A stretch of 55,572 nt of DNA, counting the filler, from Asterionella formosa (taxonomy: Eukaryota), in assembly GCA_002256025.1 (NCBI GenBank). It is 5 parts of 5 records of this genome, joined end to end, with 100 filler letters (N's around TTAATTAATTAA, not from the genome) between each part and the next. Parts side by side here need not be neighbours in the genome. Positions count along the whole stretch, not along the records: positions 44,547 to 55,572 come from NKIB01008888.1; 4 more parts are not named here. One strand, 5' to 3'. The translations under genes were made by a program, and so were the position numbers. Under the pieces are notes generated by a model that ran no database searches, was not told where the DNA came from, and saw only the letters and a list, made by a program, of their open reading frames with translations. Positions within the stretch are counted from its first letter, which is position 1. Each line of letters begins with the position of its first letter. This document shows positions 50,180 to 55,572 of this stretch, one piece after another.

Positions 50180-50700
50180 TTTGGCATGCTGTACTTGCAT
50201 TCACTGTTGAAATTGTCCGCATCTTTGTTACCACCAAGAGAGCAACAGCAAGTGGCTCTCTTCATTGTTGTTGCTCATGGAAAATCCGAACGGTATCCAT
50301 ATCATCAACAATAGAGGGACGATTGTCCTTCATTATTATCATTGTGGTTTGCCATAGGAAACATTTGATATCTGTATCATCATTTGCTTGTTGGAACTGT
50401 CCATTGCATCAAACCTGCTTAGCGTGTGCGTACACACTGTAGATTTATTTTCATTGGTATGTTGCACTTGTATTCACTGTTGAACTTGTCTGCGTCTTTG
50501 TTACCATCAATAGAGCGACAAGTGGCCTGACCAAATGCCGGGCAGTGTCTGTGTCATCATCAATATAGGGACAAGTGTCCTTCATCATTGTGGTTTGCCG
50601 GTGGAAAAATTGGTATCCGTGGTATCGTCATTTGCTCGTTGGAACCACTGTCAGTTGCCTCAAACCTGCTTAGCGTGTTTGTATGTACACTGTCGACTTG
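50180..50700. repeat. Diverged tandem duplication of about 265 bp
   Basis: ttggcatgctgtacttgcattcactgttgaa...caaacctgcttagcgtgt occurs twice. Confidence 0.75.
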
Positions 50701-52561
50701 TGTGCATTACAGGAGTGACTTAGCTGCTACAGTGCGTGTTATAATATCATACTCCGTAGTACCATGCAGAATACAGTTCCCAATCAACATTGAATGATTG
50801 ATAAGATGATAATGTGATATCACGATAAGGATACATCGATGCATACATCACCAAAATATGATACGTAATATTGAATAAAGTATATCACATAGCTATGATA
50901 CATTGATCATAGAACTATGATGATTTAATAAAATGTTTCTGATATATTTTTAATCAAAATATGATTATGCTAAAATAATACAATGACAATAAAATACGAT
51001 TAAATATGTATGCAAGTGTTATCAATAAATACTAGAAGAAAGACCAATCAATCATGAAGTATATTAGTTAATATATATATTCAACTTTTAATGTGCACAG
51101 TAAAAAAATAGTTATTATGACAGTATTATATAGTGAAGAGGATCTAAGTATACGGATGCGTTGACATGTACATCACCATTATATGATTTGTGATATGGAT
51201 TGATGCATATCACAAACTGGTATGCTCCACAACCAGCCATCACATTCATTGTCATGTCGTTTTTCCTTGTTATTATATTTGTATTGTGTAAACACTATGC
51301 TGGCGGAACATGCATATTACACTGTGCTCTGTTCAACAATTACTACACTCGGTTACCATCACACCAGTTGCACCACCACAAACGGCGCAAAAAGCTCCAT
51401 GTTTCCCTTCCACTGTTTGACATCATAGTCTTCTGGCCCTTTGACAACTTTCCAAATGGCATTTCATGGATTTCATGCAAAGGATCAGTCAAACTAGAAA
51501 TGTGACTTGCTTCTGTCATTCACACTACACGACTTTTGGAAAAGAATAAGAAGAAACCTATGAAATCAATCGAAGATTCCTTTGAATACACTCAAAGATC
51601 AGATGAATTTGAACAGATTCATAATACTCCTGAAAAAATAATGAAGTCTGCCAAGCGATTCAATAGTGGCAGAGAATGAAAAGAAGGAAAGATTGCTGAA
51701 GAGGAAACCCAAACAGTTGTTCTTCATAGATGAAGACTCTATTCCTACAGAGTCACAGTTCCATCCAGTGTCGTATTTTGCTCGTTCTCCTGACATGTCT
51801 GATAATGACGAAGAACTCAGTGATTCTCATTCATTTGATGAATGAGTTCATGCAATGAATGAAATTACCGGCAGAAATGTGGGAGACATCACTTCTGAAG
51901 TAGAAATGGTTGAAAAGTTGCAAAACCAAGAAATATATCTCACTATTCATCCAGAACATTCTGCAAAAGATCCACAAGATTTGCCCCATTCATAACATAC
52001 TTTGTAGCAGAACATCATTTTTTAAATTACATATCTTCATAAATGAGAAAGCAAAATAAAACATGATCGAACAAGTTGAGCAGGGCGAGCATTATAGGAG
52101 CGGAAGGTCATAATCCAAAATTTGTCAGGAGGCCTAATTGTTAAAGTTGCTTCTAGACTACCTGGTTGTCTATAAATCTAGTGAATAGAGCAACATGTCT
52201 TCACATGCATCATGCACATACATCATGGACTAGACTATTGGTTGGACAGAAGGAATACAGGCAATACCTTCTGTCTCCCGGCATTTGGATGCGGGCTATC
52301 CTCCGTTTCATCAGACATGTACGGTTGCTTACAGAGTTATACAATACAATAGTCTCAATGATAATTACCCACAATAATGAATAAAAATGATTGATAGAGG
52401 GACATTTTTTAGATTTGCTTGTCCTAACACAGCAAAACCATAATGCAACTCCTCTCTCTAAACTGTTGGAGATAAACAAGTACACTCTCTTCCTTGTCGC
52501 CCTAGTAGCCACAGTCGGTAGAAAGTTGAAGATTAAATTTGGTGTTACATTTCAATTTATA

Positions 52562-53098
52562 TTACCACAACCAACCCTTCTTCTTTCGTTCTATTTTTTC
52601 TAGATACTTCGTGGCATACCAGCCCACCAACGAACTCTTCGCCCCTGTCCCTCGAACCATATTGTACAAACTTCCCGGCCCAGTCTCCTCTTTTAAGACT
52701 TCTACCACATCGCCAATCGCTCCTTGGAACAACTTATACCCGTCCAACTTGGATTCCATTCGAATGACACATTCAAACAAAGGCTTGGCTTTTAGTAATT
52801 GTCGTTTTTCCTCGTTCCATAGCCCAACCATGTCCGTGTTCATTCGCTGAAACTCTTCCGCTAAACCTCTTTCTTCTCGATTCGAACGTGACGAAAGAAA
52901 GTATTCAAATCCAAAGGGTAGCAATAGAATCCAGCTGGAGTATATCAAAATGCTGCCACTGTTCCAATGCTCACACAGACGTTCCTTGAGTGTAGGTTGC
53001 GCCTTACTGTGAGACGCTGCAGTCGGTCGTGAAGATGATTCCCAACGTCGACGAGGAATAGCTGTAAGGCGTACCACATGTGCTTGTCGAGCGAACAT
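52562..53098 (-). CDS. Small putative mitochondrial membrane protein with one TM and a C-terminal SH3-like domain (178 aa)
   Basis: The ATG at 53098 gives an Arg-rich presequence MFARQAHVVRLTAIPRRRWES. TM ILIYSSWILLLPFGF. GDVVEVL...VGWYATKYLEK. Confidence 0.6.
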   Translation of the reverse strand: MFARQAHVVRLTAIPRRRWESSSRPTAASHSKAQPTLKERLCEHWNSGSILIYSSWILLLPFGFEYFLSSRSNREERGLAEEFQRMNTDMVGLWNEEKRQLLKAKPLFECVIRMESKLDGYKLFQGAIGDVVEVLKEETGPGSLYNMVRGTGAKSSLVGWYATKYLEKIERKKKGWLW

Positions 53099-53899
53099 AC
53101 TGACGACGATTGTAGAAACAAATGGTTGACAGTAATTGATGCGAGGATTCGGAGGAAAAATAAGAAAGTTGATGTGAGGTGGATCGAGCGAAGCTGCACC
53201 GGTATAGAAAAAGATTGCAATAGCTACTCCGGGGTACCTGGTACCAGGGACATACGGAAAACGTGCATGTACCCATGAAAGAGTGAGTTTTTGATACACG
53301 TTTCAAAATTCGTAGCAGCAACTAAAGGCGTTATACGTTAACGTCCTTTTGGATGGGCCGGCGGGGTAAAATGCATGCACGCCGGTCTTCCCACCAAGGA
53401 AACTGTAACTTAAGCAGGAAACTGACATCTATATTCAACTTCAGCATCGAACATCAATCTTGCTTAGACTTGACCAGCAAACGTCAATCTTGCTTAAATG
53501 CTTATTCACTTTTAACTGAAGCAGCAAGGGAAACGAGCATAAGCCAAGCCTCCACGGAAGCGTGCCAGCCCATGCACGACGCGCTCTCAAAATATATATT
53601 TAGTTCTGTATAATTAGGTAAAAGTATTTAACCCTCCAAAATTATTACCGCTAAACGGTTATAAGCACGTTTTCCAGATGTCCCACAGGTTCCCTCCTGG
53701 TAGATACCAGCTACCTGGTATTGGGAACACGACTCTATCGCATTTTTTGGGTACCGGTATTTCCATTCTATACTTTCAACATGCCAGAAATGAAGCGAAC
53801 ACAAGCAATTAGCTATTGTAAAAAATCATGCATGCTAGTAAATGTAATTATTTAAATTTGAAGCTGCTGTAGATGACTAGCACCAGTACAACGATCTCA

Positions 53900-55120
53900 C
53901 ATCATTTGATTGACAATGTGTGTTACTGTTTTATCTTGACCAGCATAGCCTCATATATTTTGTCAATTGCAGAATGAGCAGTGAATCCAGCTCAAACTAA
54001 GGCAGCCACGGTATCCCACACAACCCAGTGCTGACAATGCTGCACCTTGACTCTTCCCCTCTCAAACCTTGTAAATATTCTAGCTGCCTTTCATCCCCCA
54101 ATTCCAACTTCGAATTCCTGCCAAAGAACAAACAGTTTGTGTCTTTGGTGCCTTGGAAAGGCTATTGGCATAATTGCTACCAACTCCATCATGTCTAGAT
54201 CTGCTGTAGCATCAACTTGTTCATTATTGCTTGCATTGCATACCACATTTGCAGTGCTTGCAGCTGCCAAAGTTTGGTTACCTGCTGCTAATCTTTGTGA
54301 TGGCATCCTTGACATTCTTCTTGAAAGGGTAGCTAGTTTGCTTTTTTTAATCTCTTTCATAATTGTAACCTGGTTGTATCCCACTTGTGTCTGTAACTGT
54401 ATCATCCCATGCTGTGTCTCCCTCTGCTAGGAGTACAGCCCAAGGATCTCGTTTCGACTATGCCCGGCAGCTCAAGCTTGTTGTCCACCTCCTCCTTCAC
54501 CTGTGGTCGTTGTTTTTGTTGTTCCACCAGCAGCCACACTAGCGTCACTGTAGCCTCCACATTAGCTCTGACCTCATCAAGCAATGTGCACCTGCGCCTC
54601 TGAACCATTAACAAGAAGCAGTTGCCGCTCAACTGTATTATTGCTATCGATGTTCTGCTCAGGAGGGCATATGATTTCATATGCAGCTTTAATCCTACGC
54701 ATTAGTGATTGAGGCAGGTATCCCTGCAGTGTAGGCTCAAACACTGCCCACAAAAGTGGAGGTGCCACCACCAGTGCAATGTCATGTGCATACTCAGTGC
54801 AAATATTTGGGACCACATACTTTAAAAGCCAGCTGTCTGACACTCCGTTTGATTCCTTTATGACATATTTGCATGCTCCACCAATGCAAAGTGCTGCGAA
54901 TACCTTGGCATCAGGGTAGGGGAGCTCTATATCTATGTATATATCCAGTTGCCTTGTATGTCTTTTCCAGCGCCCAGCATGGAAGTCAATATCATCCCTG
55001 GAGCATCAATTTCTTTGTGCATGCGTCGACGGATATTTGCGGAGGCTGTGAGTTCCAATGAGACCTGTCACAACTTTCTCGAACTCACTCTTTGCCCAAA
55101 CATCGTCTCGCAGTATCCGA
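53900..55120 (-). mobile_element. Degenerate Crypton-like element: tyrosine recombinase C-terminal half plus GCR1_C-like DNA-binding domain
   Basis: Manual translation from 55119: RILRDDVWAKSEFEKVVTGLIGTHSLRKYPSTHAQRN*CSRDDIDFHAGRWKRHTRQLDIYIDIELPYPDAKV, containing HxxR, GRW and a Tyr. Downstream: LFVLWQEFEVGIGG then KAARIFTRFERGRVK. Confidence 0.75.
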
Positions 55121-55572
55121 CATCCTCTCGTCTGCAAACAAAAAGTATTGTACATAAAAGATCAGGAGTATCATGATATAACTGGCGCAGAATTTTTCTG
55201 TGCATGATACGCATTTTGTTATTTGATGTTACAGATACATAGTACTTTATATATGAATTTTTGATAAGCATATTTATACTTACAATGTTTGATCATATTG
55301 TTCTAATATTAATCCATATTGACTCATAACGGTAACCACAAAGTAATCATACAAATACAGTAATCGAGTAACAACAACTCAAGTCGAAATCACTACTTCT
55401 CTTTGAACTTCAATTGCTCCTCTCATAACCATGAATTACTGATTGTATTTACAAGACCATCATCGATTTACCTTAGCTACATCCTATATTGTGTATTTGT
55501 TCATCTTATAGCCATATTATTACCATCGTATCTCTATGAAGTATTTGTCCAAAATATGTGGAAACGGATTGT

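Overview
Eukaryotic genomic DNA, most likely a diatom or related stramenopile. This rests on short GT-AG introns, ASAFAP-like plastid presequences and diatom-type Copia, LINE, Harbinger and Crypton relics. The window is not one locus. It is five contigs of about 11.03 kb (1-11045, 11146-22178, 22279-33311, 33412-44446, 44547-55572) joined by artificial 100-nt N/TTAATTAATTAA/N linkers, so gene neighbourhood across linkers means nothing. Host genes: a sulfotransferase-like protein, a frameshifted membrane protein, a 1234-aa ARM-repeat protein with an internal duplication, a biotin-protein ligase, an IF1-like protein, two strictosidine-synthase-like paralogues, a partial LRR protein, a phosducin-like protein, an RRM protein, polyubiquitin and a small TM+SH3-like protein. 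The most interesting signals are five. (1) A Copia element has no tRNA-type primer-binding site; instead that position is complementary to a 14-nt stretch of its own LTR, suggesting Tf1-like self-priming. (2) Two TGTCAAGA-starting LTR insertions both have 6-bp target-site duplications. (3) A dense GGTACC/CCWGG palindromic motif clusters upstream of genes. (4) The ARM array looks shuffled, like a variable receptor. (5) A tyrosine-recombinase (Crypton-like) relic is mostly hidden from the ORF track. All calls are by eye; no database searches were run.
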